Counted from the first letter of the stretch, positions 9,008 through 16,759 are shown. The stretch is 32,000 bases of DNA from Candidatus Electronema aureum (GCA_004284765.1 NQJD01000006.1:30001-62000); one strand, 5' to 3'. Program-made: numbers and translations. Notes: generated by a model from the letters alone, not told the origin.

Positions 9008-9107
9008 TAGGAGTTACGCAGTTGATTTTGTTCAACTGACGATTTGTGCAGTAAAAAAACAATTTGCTGTAATAATTGAACTTCTAATTTCAACTGCGTA
9101 ACTCCTA
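9008..9107. repeat. 100-bp palindromic element with perfect 18-bp terminal inverted repeats (MITE-like element, IS-end structure or REP-like terminator)
   Basis: TAGGAGTTACGCAGTTGA at 9008-9025 and its exact reverse complement at 9090-9107, separated by a 64-bp AT-rich spacer. Starts 13 bp after the mraY stop. Confidence 0.6.
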
Positions 9108-9319
9108 GCATAAAGATTGATAGGCTCAAGCGTATAAATCGGTTTCGTCAAATACGCCCGAACAGCGTCACGGATGATGGCAGTCTTTGCCTCAAACCAA
9201 GAAATTCCTTTGACAAAACAATGATATTCAATGCGGAGAAAAGCCCGTATTGCCAGTTCGATGTGATTGCGTTGCGCGTTTTCTGACCGGGCCTGACAGC
9301 GTTCAATCCCGCAAAATTG
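9108..9319 (-). pseudogene. C-terminal remnant of a DDE transposase (IS701/IS4-like by recollection), 5' part missing
   Basis: The minus-strand frame reads QFCGIERCQARSENAQRNHIELAIRAFLRIEYHCFVKGISWFEAKTAIIRDAVRAYLTKPIYTLEP with no start codon. It is cut at 9319/9320 by the IS30-family end. The same frame stays open through the hairpin element to a TGA at 9032-9034, so the 3' limit is uncertain. The family call is from memory of ...CG.E.CQ.R....QRNHI..L...AFL.LE tails and is unverified. Confidence 0.4.
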
Positions 9320-10366
9320 GTGAATTCAAGTTCCCGTTAAGTAGTCTCGCCAAAATAGCTCTTTTGGTGTTTTAAATCCAAGAGATTTTCGAGGCCTGTT
9401 GTTGAGCTTTTCCATAATAGCTTTGACATCCTGTGTGTCCAGCGTGTCAAAGCTCGCTCCTTTTGGGAGGTATTGCCGTATAAGTCCGTTCGTATTTTCG
9501 TTGAGCCGCGCGTTGCCAAGCCTGATACGGATGCGCGAAGAAGCAGTCTGCCTGAAGAGTGCTTGCGAACTCCTGATGCAAGGCAAATTCCTTGCCGTTA
9601 TCGCAGGTTAGGGTATGAACTTGGGCTTGGCAGGGAAGAAGGGCTTAGACAAGTGCCTGATTGACGCTATCTGCCCGTTTATTCGGGGCAAGAGCGATAA
9701 CTCGCGTCTTCCGTTCTGCCAAGGTGACAAGAACAGCTCCTCCCCGACGTATCCACCTCCCAATCACCAATCCGAGAACGTTCTTCAACTATGCTGGGGC
9801 GATGATCTATCGAGACCCGGTTTTTAATCGTGCCCCGTCGGTCAGTGCTGCCATAACGTTTTCTTCTTTTTTTTCGGCAGCGTAGATGGATATACAGAGT
9901 TCCTCCTTGCTGCTTGTCATGGGCAACATGTTGATAGATTCGTTCATGGCTGACCTGAAGATTTTTGGTTGCGGAGAGCCAGCCGCTGATGTGTTCAGGA
10001 CTCCAATCTTCGCAGAGAAGATCATTGACAATATGCCATATTTCTTCAGAAATTTTCAGCTTGGCCTTTTCTTGGCGGCGTTGACCAGACAGTTGTTGTG
10101 CCTGCTGGGGCCAGCCGCGTTCACCGCAATTACGCTGCAATTCTCGACCGATAGTTGATCTGTGTCGGCCAAGCTGCAAGGCTATCGCTGATTTCTGATG
10201 CCCTGCTTGCTTTAACGCGTAAATTTGGTTACGCTCTGCTTCGGTGAGTTGTGTGTAGTTTTTCATCCGTGCTCCTCTTGCTTGCCGGTAAGAAATGATC
10301 CATCATACTACCACAACTCACTTTTCTTACAACCAGACAAAAGTTGCACTTACAAGTTGAATTCAC
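9320..10366 (-). mobile_element. IS30-family insertion sequence (about 1.05 kb), decayed
   Basis: Terminal inverted repeats GTGAATTCAAGTT (9320-9332) and the complement of AAGTTGAATTCAC (10354-10366) match at 12 of 13 positions. They enclose an IS30-type transposase reading frame. No obvious target-site duplication. Confidence 0.75.
9326..10266 (-). pseudogene. IS30-family transposase, disrupted by two frameshifts and one in-frame stop
   Basis: The N-terminal part is intact (MKNYTQLTEAERNQIYALKQAGHQKSAIALQLGRHRSTIGRELQRN...WSPEHISGWL...RIGDWEVDT). The frame breaks near 9743-9752. The middle part reads in another frame (GGAVLVTLAERKTRVIALAPNKRADSVNQALV*ALLPCQAQVHTLTCDNGKEF) with a TAA at the complement of 9645-9647. 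A second frameshift lies near 9495-9500 within QRGSTENTNG. The C-terminal part (LIRQYLPKGASF...NNRPRKSLGFKTP) is the track ORF 9326-9586. Confidence 0.85.
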
Positions 10367-10381
10367 ACCTCAATACCCGCA

Positions 10382-10453
10382 GCGGCAAAAGCCTGCATGG
10401 GCCGTGCGCCGAGGCCACCAACCACAATCGCCTGCACGCCCTTGTCCCGCAGC
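10382..10453 (-). pseudogene. remnant of a NifX/NifB-like (dinitrogenase FeMo-cofactor-binding domain) gene
   Basis: The minus-strand translation is ...LRDKGVQAIVVGGLGARPMQAFAAAGIEV, ending at the IS30 end. At the nucleotide level 62 of 72 positions match 13395-13466 of the intact paralogue (hand count). There is a stop just upstream in frame, so only about 30 codons survive. Confidence 0.7.
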
Positions 10454-10529
10454 CGTTTTTCCCGGCGCAAGTAGGACGAAGTTCCTCGCTCGAATCAGCC
10501 TGACTGCTTTTTTCTGTCCTTCAAAGGGC

Positions 10530-10558
10530 TTGACAGCCGTCTTTCTGCTGCTTATTAT
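10530..10558 (+). promoter_or_regulatory. sigma70-type promoter candidate for the NifX-like/ATPase operon
   Basis: TTGACA (10530-10535), a 17-bp spacer, then TATTAT (10553-10558), about 50 bp upstream of ATG 10607. The RBS AGGAGG lies at 10594-10599. Confidence 0.45.
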
Positions 10559-10606
10559 GTGCATAAGCACAAAATAAATTCACTTCTACTATCAGGAGGC
10601 GGCATC

Positions 10607-11074
10607 ATGAAACTTTGCATCACCGCAGCAGGAAACACCTTGTCCGCGCCGACAGACAGTGCCTTTGGCCGCGCGCCGTGGTTCATGCTTATTGACACTG
10701 ATTCCGGGGCGGCGGAAGCCCTTGCCAACAGCTCCGCCGACGCGGTGCAGGGCGCAGGCATCGCAGCGGCCCAGCTCATGGCTGAACACAAGGTCGAAGC
10801 CGTTTTGACCGGCAGGCTGGGGCCGAAGGCGCAGGCCGCCCTTGCCGCCGCAGACATCGCCATGCACGAAGGCTTGGGCCGCTGCACGGTTGAAGAAGCC
10901 TTGACGCAGTTCCGCGCCGGACACTATGCCGCCGCAGGTGCTGGCCCGACTGCCGGAACTGCGGTCTCTGCGGCTCCCGCCGCAGGCGCCGGTCAAGGAC
11001 AGGGCAGAGGCATGGGCGGCGGACGCGGCCAAGGCTGCGGCAGATGCGGCGGTGGCGGGAGGGGGCGGCGGTGA
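10607..11074 (+). CDS. NifX/NifB-like FeMo-cofactor-binding-domain protein with C-terminal Ala/Gly then Gly/Arg-rich tail (DUF5320-like)
   Basis: Reads MKLCITAAGNTLSAPTDSAFGRAPWFMLIDTDSG...AGIAAAQLMAEHKVEAVLTGRLGPKAQAAL, the pattern of the Nitro_FeMo-Co domain. The tail is ...GQGQGRGMGGGRGQGCGRCGGGGRGRR. Strong SD before ATG 10607. Confidence 0.8.
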   Translation: MKLCITAAGNTLSAPTDSAFGRAPWFMLIDTDSGAAEALANSSADAVQGAGIAAAQLMAEHKVEAVLTGRLGPKAQAALAAADIAMHEGLGRCTVEEALTQFRAGHYAAAGAGPTAGTAVSAAPAAGAGQGQGRGMGGGRGQGCGRCGGGGRGRR

Positions 11075-12015
11075 GCGCGAAACTCCGCCCGGAGATCATC
11101 CGGGCCTTTCATCAGACTCCCTTCGCTGTGCCGGTGATCGGCATCACCGGCGGCAAGGGCGGGGTGGGCAAAACCACGGTGGCGGTCAATCTCGCCGCAG
11201 CCTTGGCCGCGCTCGGCAAAAAAACTGCGCTGATTGACGCGGATGTTGACGCGCCCAACTGCGGCATACTTCTCAGCCTGCCTTTGGCGGAGCCGCAGGA
11301 TGTGGCCGTGACCCAGCCTGTTTTTGTCCCGGAGTACTGCACCGACTGCCAGCTGTGCGTCAAAGCCTGCGGCATGAACAGCCTGTTCCGGGCCAAGGAA
11401 AAAACCATCACCCTGATGGGCGAATGCAACGGCTGCGAAGCCTGTTTTCTCGTCTGCCCGGCAGAAGGGGCCATGCTCAGGGGGCAGCATTCTGTTGGAA
11501 CCACATATAAAAACAGCCGGGGCAGGCTGACGCTCTATACCGGCGCGCTGCATCCCGGACTGGCGGAAAGCGCGCTGGTGGTGACGGCGGTCAAAGAGCG
11601 GGCTTTCGCCGAGGCCGGGCAGTTCGACATCATCTTGGTTGACACCGCGCCCGGCACCCACTGCAACGTGATCGGCGCGCTCAAGGGCGCGGCTTGTGCG
11701 CTGGCTGTGACTGAGCCGACCCCACTGGGCGCGCACGATCTCGGCCTGATGCTTTCCTTGCTTGACATGTTCGAGGTCAGCAAAAGCGTGGTGGTCAACC
11801 GGGCTGATCTGCCGGGCCGGATGGAGGACATCCGCGCCGTTGCCGCTGAACATGGCGCCGCTGTCAGCGCCGAGCTGTTGCTGGACAAGGCCCTGCTGAC
11901 TAGCTATGTCGAAGGCGTGCCGGTGGTGGAATCCAGCCCGGATTCCGCTGCGGCCAAAATTTTCATGGAGATGGCCGAAGGTCTTGCAGCCTGCGCCAAG
12001 GAGGTGCGGCAATGA
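11071..12015 (+). CDS. MinD/ParA-type P-loop ATPase with inserted 4Fe-4S ferredoxin domain (COG1149-like)
   Basis: Has the deviant Walker A GITGGKGGVGKTT, plus IDADVDAPN, Cys clusters CTDCQLCVKAC and CNGCEACFLVCP, and DTAPGTHC. A GTG at 11071 overlaps the upstream stop (GTGA); the track start ATG 11044 is an alternative. Confidence 0.85.
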   Translation: MSAKLRPEIIRAFHQTPFAVPVIGITGGKGGVGKTTVAVNLAAALAALGKKTALIDADVDAPNCGILLSLPLAEPQDVAVTQPVFVPEYCTDCQLCVKACGMNSLFRAKEKTITLMGECNGCEACFLVCPAEGAMLRGQHSVGTTYKNSRGRLTLYTGALHPGLAESALVVTAVKERAFAEAGQFDIILVDTAPGTHCNVIGALKGAACALAVTEPTPLGAHDLGLMLSLLDMFEVSKSVVVNRADLPGRMEDIRAVAAEHGAAVSAELLLDKALLTSYVEGVPVVESSPDSAAAKIFMEMAEGLAACAKEVRQ

Positions 12016-12902
12016 AAGAAATCGTAGTGTTGAGCGGAAAAGGCGGCGTGGGCAAATCCTCGCTAACCGCCGCGCTCGGCCATCTGCTGGCCGAAGGGGG
12101 CAGACGGATCACCTTGGCGGACACCGACGTGGACGCGCCCAATCTGCATATTGTTCTCGGCGCGGAATTTGACAGCAGCAGCGGTGTCACCGCCTCGAAC
12201 AAGGCGGTGATTGATTACGACCGTTGCAGCCGCTGCCTGAAATGTGCGGAAGTCTGCAAGTTCGCCTCGATCATCGGCGGCGAGGAGCCAGTGGTGATCA
12301 GCTATTCCTGCGAGGGCTGCGGAGCCTGCGCCATTGTCTGCCCGACCGGCGCGATCACTGTCCAGCCGGTGGAGAACGGCAGAATCAATCTGGTCCGCCA
12401 CGGCTCCATCCGGGTGGTGGCGGGCGAACTGGGCATCGGCGAATCCAGTTCCGGACGGCTGGTGGATTTCGTTAAAAAACGGGCCAGACAGGAGGCCGCC
12501 CTGAGCGGATGCAGCCTGCTGCTCACTGACGGTCCGCCCGGCATCGGCTGCCCGGTGATCGCTTCGCTGAAAGGTTCTGACTACGCGGTGCTGGTGACGG
12601 AGCCGACTCCCTCCGCCTTCAGCGATTTGCAGCGAGCGGCGGAAGTGCTGCGCGGCTTCAAGGTGCCTGCGGGCGTTGTCATCAACCGGGCGGACATGCA
12701 CCAGAAATCAAAGGAAACCCTGCTGGCGTGGATGGCCGAGGCCGGACTGCCGCTGCTGGCGGAAATTCCTTACGATCCGCAGCTGCCCCAAGCCTTGGCC
12801 CAAGGCTGTCTCGGCGTGGTCATCTACCCTGACGCGCCGTCCTCGCTGGCCATCAGGCAGTTGAGCGAAACCGTGGCCGCCATGCTGGACGACGGCCATT
12901 GA
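12012..12902 (+). CDS. second MinD/ParA-type P-loop ATPase with inserted 4Fe-4S ferredoxin domain (COG1149-like paralogue)
   Basis: Has LSGKGGVGKSS, ADTDVDAPN, CSRCLKCAEVC, CEGCGACAIVCP and DGPPGIGC. ATGA overlap with the upstream gene. Confidence 0.85.
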   Translation: MKEIVVLSGKGGVGKSSLTAALGHLLAEGGRRITLADTDVDAPNLHIVLGAEFDSSSGVTASNKAVIDYDRCSRCLKCAEVCKFASIIGGEEPVVISYSCEGCGACAIVCPTGAITVQPVENGRINLVRHGSIRVVAGELGIGESSSGRLVDFVKKRARQEAALSGCSLLLTDGPPGIGCPVIASLKGSDYAVLVTEPTPSAFSDLQRAAEVLRGFKVPAGVVINRADMHQKSKETLLAWMAEAGLPLLAEIPYDPQLPQALAQGCLGVVIYPDAPSSLAIRQLSETVAAMLDDGH

Positions 12903-12908
12903 AAAAAC

Positions 12909-12941
12909 GGGATCAGGAGGCAGCCGCTGTTTCCTGATCCC
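12909..12941 (-). terminator. intrinsic terminator hairpin between convergent operons (probably bidirectional)
   Basis: Perfect 10-bp stem GGGATCAGGA (12909-12918) / TCCTGATCCC (12932-12941). On the minus strand the stem is followed by GTTTTTTC (complement of 12901-12908). On the plus strand an A-run precedes it. It overlaps the last codons of the DUF134 gene. Confidence 0.55.
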
Positions 12942-13245
12942 GGCATTCCGCTGTCCCGTCTTCCTCCTCGCCAGCCAAAACCAATGCCGCGCCGGAAACC
13001 AGAGCTTCAGCGGTTTTTCGGCGGGCTGAGGCGAGCAGACGCTGCACGGTGCCGCGCGACACGCCCATCCGCTCGCCCGCCTGCTCCTGAAACAGCCCCT
13101 CCAAATCGCAGAGCCGGAGGGCTTCCAGCTCGTCCCGGAACAGGCTGATCTGCTGGATGTTGCGCATGGGAATGCCGTTCGGCTTGAAAATCTGACCGGA
13201 AAAGCGGCCCTCACAACAGCGCTGTTTTTTCGGGCGCGGCGACAT
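12913..13245 (-). CDS. DUF134 (UPF0251) family putative DNA-binding protein
   Basis: Reads MSPRPKKQRCCEGRFSGQIFKPNGIPMRNIQQISLFRDELEALRLCDLEGLFQEQAGERMGVSRGTVQRLLASARRK, matching the DUF134 pattern (PRPKK.R.., F.P.GIP, DE.EA.RL.D.EGL.QE.AA..MGVSR.T). Start at the internal ATG 13245, 1 nt after the upstream stop. Confidence 0.8.
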   Translation of the reverse strand: MSPRPKKQRCCEGRFSGQIFKPNGIPMRNIQQISLFRDELEALRLCDLEGLFQEQAGERMGVSRGTVQRLLASARRKTAEALVSGAALVLAGEEEDGTAECRDQETAAAS

Positions 13246-13246
13246 C

Positions 13247-13654
13247 TCAGTGGTGCTGGCAGCTGCCGCCTTCATGTCCTTGGCAGGTCTGCTCAGGCCG
13301 CATCTGCGGGAACTTGCCTGCCAAAAAGCCGTCCGCTGCGGCGCTTACATTTTGCAGCGCATTGCGGTCTGCATAATAAACCGCAATTCCTGCCTCGGCA
13401 AAAGCCTGCATAGGCCGCGCGCCCATGCCGCCGACCACAATCGCCCCCACGCCCTTGTCTCGCAGCAAATTGACCGGTGCCAAGCAGCCGCCCGCGCTGT
13501 GCGCCACATTGTTGACAGTATCAACCGAGGCAACTTTGCCTTCCTGAATGTTGATCAGGGTGAAAAGGTCGCAGTGGCCGAAATGACCGGAGATATTTGC
13601 AGCCAAGCCGCCGGGATTATCGGAAGGCACTGCAAGCATAATAGATGAAGTCAT
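13247..13654 (-). CDS. NifX/NifB-like FeMo-cofactor-binding-domain protein with Cys/His-rich C-terminus
   Basis: Reads MTSSIMLAVPSDNPGGLAANISGHFGHCDLFTLINIQEGKV...LLRDKGVGAIVVGGMGARPMQAFAEAGIAVYY and ends CQGHEGGSCQHH. The SD (complement of CTCCT, 13663-13667) supports ATG 13654 rather than the track start 13726. Confidence 0.8.
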   Translation of the reverse strand: MTSSIMLAVPSDNPGGLAANISGHFGHCDLFTLINIQEGKVASVDTVNNVAHSAGGCLAPVNLLRDKGVGAIVVGGMGARPMQAFAEAGIAVYYADRNALQNVSAAADGFLAGKFPQMRPEQTCQGHEGGSCQHH

Positions 13655-13928
13655 AATTTGTACTCCTGCTGAAGTATTGTGATGTTGCGGCGGATGGCCG
13701 CAGCTGAATGTTTTAAACATATGCACATTATGTAACCTGCCCAGCTTCCGCTGTCAATAAGGAATTGGACTACCTTCAGGCAAAAATCCAGTGGCAGTTG
13801 ATAGACAAGCGCAGCAGAATAGTGTACTTTGCAAGATTTTATCCACTTTCAGGCAAGGATGCGTCTGTCTTTGCCACATCCCAGAATAAGGGCAGAAATG
13901 GACATCGCTTTTTTCTGCCAGAATATCC

Positions 13929-14516
13929 ATGCGTACACGACTTCTTTTTTTGTTCCGGGCTAGCATATCGCTGCTCTTATTTCTACTTCTGCTGACTTGG
14001 TCAGCGGCAGAGGCTGATGATGAGGGCGGCCAGCCAGTCATCGCCGATATCACGCTTACCGCTTCCAGTGGCCAGCTACGGCTCTCTGCTGCGGTAAAAA
14101 ATTGTTTTACCAAAGAGATGCTGGAAGGGGTGCATAATGCCATCCCGGTCACGTTTCGCTTTAAGGTCAGCTTAGAGCGCAGCCGGAGCTACTGGTTTGA
14201 TCAAGACCTTGAAGAGCTGAGTGTTAATCACACTCTGAGCTATGATCCCCTTCGGCGGGAATATCAGATCGATTTTTCCGAGAAAGATCATCCAAAAACA
14301 ACCCGTTCACTGGCAGAGGCAGAGCGAATGATGGCAGAGCTGAAACATATAGAAATCGCCCAGCTAAAAGAACTGAGTTCCGGCGCGTCGTATGTCCTCC
14401 ATATCAAAGCCACGCTGGCCGAGAACACTCTGCCGCTGAGTATGCACTCCATCATTCCTTTCACGTCGCTGTGGAATTTTGAAACCGACTGGCGAGTGAT
14501 TGAGTTCAAATACTGA
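13929..14516 (+). CDS. secreted DUF4390-like protein
   Basis: Has a signal-peptide-like N-terminus (MRTRLLFLFRASISLLLFLLLLTWSAAEA). Its position directly upstream of an NtrY-like kinase is the usual DUF4390 context. The family label is from recollection only. Confidence 0.6.
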   Translation: MRTRLLFLFRASISLLLFLLLLTWSAAEADDEGGQPVIADITLTASSGQLRLSAAVKNCFTKEMLEGVHNAIPVTFRFKVSLERSRSYWFDQDLEELSVNHTLSYDPLRREYQIDFSEKDHPKTTRSLAEAERMMAELKHIEIAQLKELSSGASYVLHIKATLAENTLPLSMHSIIPFTSLWNFETDWRVIEFKY

Positions 14517-14533
14517 CAAATGCCTCTGGTTTG

Positions 14534-16759
14534 ATGCTGAGTCCTGAGCAGAAAAAACACAAACAGCGGTTAATTCGCTGGGTCATTGCTTTTTGCCTCC
14601 TGCTGATTCCCTTGCTCATTTGGATTCAACGGCGACTGCTTTGGGGCGACCTGAATCTGCCGGTGTCCAGCACCGTGTTGATATTCGCTCTGATCAACAT
14701 CAACGGCCTGCTTTTGTTGTTGATGCTCTATCTAATTTTGCGCAATCTGGTTGAGCTAATTTTCGAGCGACGTAATGGCATCCTTGGGGCGCGGCTGCGA
14801 ACTAAGTTAGTTGCCGCCTTTGTCTCTCTGTCAATTATTCCTACCGCTGTGCTGTTTTTTTTCGCTCTTGGCTCGGTTTCCACCTCGATGGATTATTGGT
14901 TTAATACCAATGTCGAGGAATCGCTGGAATCTTCGCTCAAGCTGGCCCAAGACATGTTTCAGGAAACCGAAAACCGGGCGGCCAACATGGGCAGACAGAT
15001 CGGGCTGCTAATGGAGAATGTTGATATCAGCTTAGAGGACAGCAGCGGTCTTCAGCAGCTCTTTAGTAGCACCATCGCCCTTGCGCCTACTGGCACACCA
15101 GATGCGCTGATGTTGATTGATCGAAAATTAGGCATTCGGGCTACAGCTAAAGGGGAGCGATTAGCTTCGGTCGCCCTGCCAGACATGCCGAGCGAGGCTT
15201 TACGTCGAGCAGCACTCAGCGGCAGCCCGGAAATCATCACTCGGCAGGTGCGCAGCGGCGAGTTAATTCAAGCCATCGTGATAGTACGATTGAAAAATCA
15301 GCATCGGGCTTTCCTTGTCACCAGTTTGCTGATTCCGGCGGACAAATTAGCTTTAATGCAGTCGGTCTCGCAAGGCATCACTGGCTACAAACAGTTGATT
15401 TTGCTCAAGGCACCGATCAAATTAAGCCTGATCATTATGCTGCTGATCGTCACCCTGCTCATCCTTTTCGGCGCAATTTGGTTCGGTTTCTACATTGCCC
15501 GCTCGATGACCGCTTCGATCAATAAGTTGGCCGAAGCCACGCAGCGGGTGGCAAGTGGCGAGCTGAATTTCACTATTGAGAAGGATTCAGATGACGAAAT
15601 GGGCCTGTTGGTGGATTCCTTCAATTCGATGACCTCAGACCTGCTGGCCAGCAACTGCCAGTTAGCCGAGGCGCATCAGGCTTTGCAGCAGTCTAATCTG
15701 CTTTCCGAGCAACGCCGCCGCTATCTGGAGGCCATCCTCAGAAACGTGGCGGCGGGGGTCATCGCCATCAACGAGCAGCATCAGGTCACGATCATTAATC
15801 CTTTTGCCGAAAAGCTGCTTCGTTTAGATACTGCGCTTTTTCTCAATCATGATTTTCATGAGGTGCTGCCGCTGTCCCATGCGGCGGTATTGGAGCAATT
15901 TTTCAGCGATTTGCGCGAATCCGGCCAGCGTTCGATTGAACGGCACCTTAGCTTAACCGTGCGTAAGGGGGAGACCTATTCTCTCTTGGTCAATATCACC
16001 CGCCTATTAGACGACAAAGAGCGGCCTATCGGTTATGTTATTGTTTTCGATAACCTGACTAAATTAGAACGAGCACAGCGATTAGCAGCTTGGCAGGAGG
16101 TGGCCCGCCGCATCGCTCATGAAATAAAAAACCCGCTCACGCCAATTCAGCTTTCGGCCCAGCGGCTGCGAAAACGCTATTTAGAAAGCATTAGCAAAGA
16201 CCGGGAGATTTTTGACCAATGTACAGCCACGATCATTAATCAGGTCGATGAGATCAAACGCTTGGTCACAGAATTTTCAGAATTCGCCAGAATGCCACAA
16301 ATTAAAAAACAGCAAGCGGATATTGCTGCTCTTGCCTCCGACACCTTGGTGCTGTATCGTGAGGGCTGTAAGCATATCATTTTCCACTTAGAAAAGAACA
16401 ATATCCAGCCGTTCTCCTTTGATTCAGTGCAAATCCGGCGAGTGCTGATCAATCTGTTAGATAATGCGGTCAGCGTACTGGGCGAGGGCGGAGAGATCAG
16501 CATCACCCTCGGCCTGAATCAGGAGCAGCAAACGGTGAGCCTTACGGTCAGCGATAACGGCCCTGGCATCCCGGAGCCGGTCAAGGTGCGGCTTTTTGAA
16601 CCCTATTTTTCTACCCGCAAATCCGGCACTGGCCTTGGTTTAGCCATAGCCAACACCATCGTTGCCGAGCACAACGGCTCCATTCGGGTGCAGGACAATT
16701 TGCCCACCGGCACCGCAGTTGTAGTGGAGCTGCCTTTTTTGCCTGAGGAAACAAAATAA
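14534..16759 (+). CDS. NtrY-like membrane sensor histidine kinase (TM-HAMP-PAS-HisKA-HATPase)
   Basis: Has several N-terminal TM segments and a second TM before a HAMP-like region. The H-box is RIAHEIKNPLTPIQLSAQRL, and the ATPase boxes are LLDNAV, DNGPGIP and GTGLGLAI. ATG 14534; TTG 14531 is in the track. Confidence 0.85.
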   Translation: MLSPEQKKHKQRLIRWVIAFCLLLIPLLIWIQRRLLWGDLNLPVSSTVLIFALININGLLLLLMLYLILRNLVELIFERRNGILGARLRTKLVAAFVSLSIIPTAVLFFFALGSVSTSMDYWFNTNVEESLESSLKLAQDMFQETENRAANMGRQIGLLMENVDISLEDSSGLQQLFSSTIALAPTGTPDALMLIDRKLGIRATAKGERLASVALPDMPSEALRRAALSGSPEIITRQVRSGELIQAIVIVRLKNQHRAFLVTSLLIPADKLALMQSVSQGITGYKQLILLKAPIKLSLIIMLLIVTLLILFGAIWFGFYIARSMTASINKLAEATQRVASGELNFTIEKDSDDEMGLLVDSFNSMTSDLLASNCQLAEAHQALQQSNLLSEQRRRYLEAILRNVAAGVIAINEQHQVTIINPFAEKLLRLDTALFLNHDFHEVLPLSHAAVLEQFFSDLRESGQRSIERHLSLTVRKGETYSLLVNITRLLDDKERPIGYVIVFDNLTKLERAQRLAAWQEVARRIAHEIKNPLTPIQLSAQRLRKRYLESISKDREIFDQCTATIINQVDEIKRLVTEFSEFARMPQIKKQQADIAALASDTLVLYREGCKHIIFHLEKNNIQPFSFDSVQIRRVLINLLDNAVSVLGEGGEISITLGLNQEQQTVSLTVSDNGPGIPEPVKVRLFEPYFSTRKSGTGLGLAIANTIVAEHNGSIRVQDNLPTGTAVVVELPFLPEETK

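Noticed and set aside
9399-10158. Several 60-90-aa plus-strand ORFs inside the IS30 element
   Set aside because: They are antisense to the recognisable, though broken, IS30 transposase frame and have no motifs.
10592-13214. Minus-strand ORFs 10592-11032, 10993-12012 (339 aa), 12063-12701 and 12708-13214 across the NifX-like/ATPase operon
   Set aside because: They are shadow ORFs opposite well-supported plus-strand genes (Walker A and Cys-cluster motifs). Their translations have no recognisable motifs.
13780-13925. Repeated short words (TTCAGGCAA x2, CAGAATA x3) in the divergent intergenic region before the DUF4390 gene
   Set aside because: The words are only 7-9 bp, have irregular spacing and lack dyad symmetry. 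This is insufficient evidence for a binding-site array.
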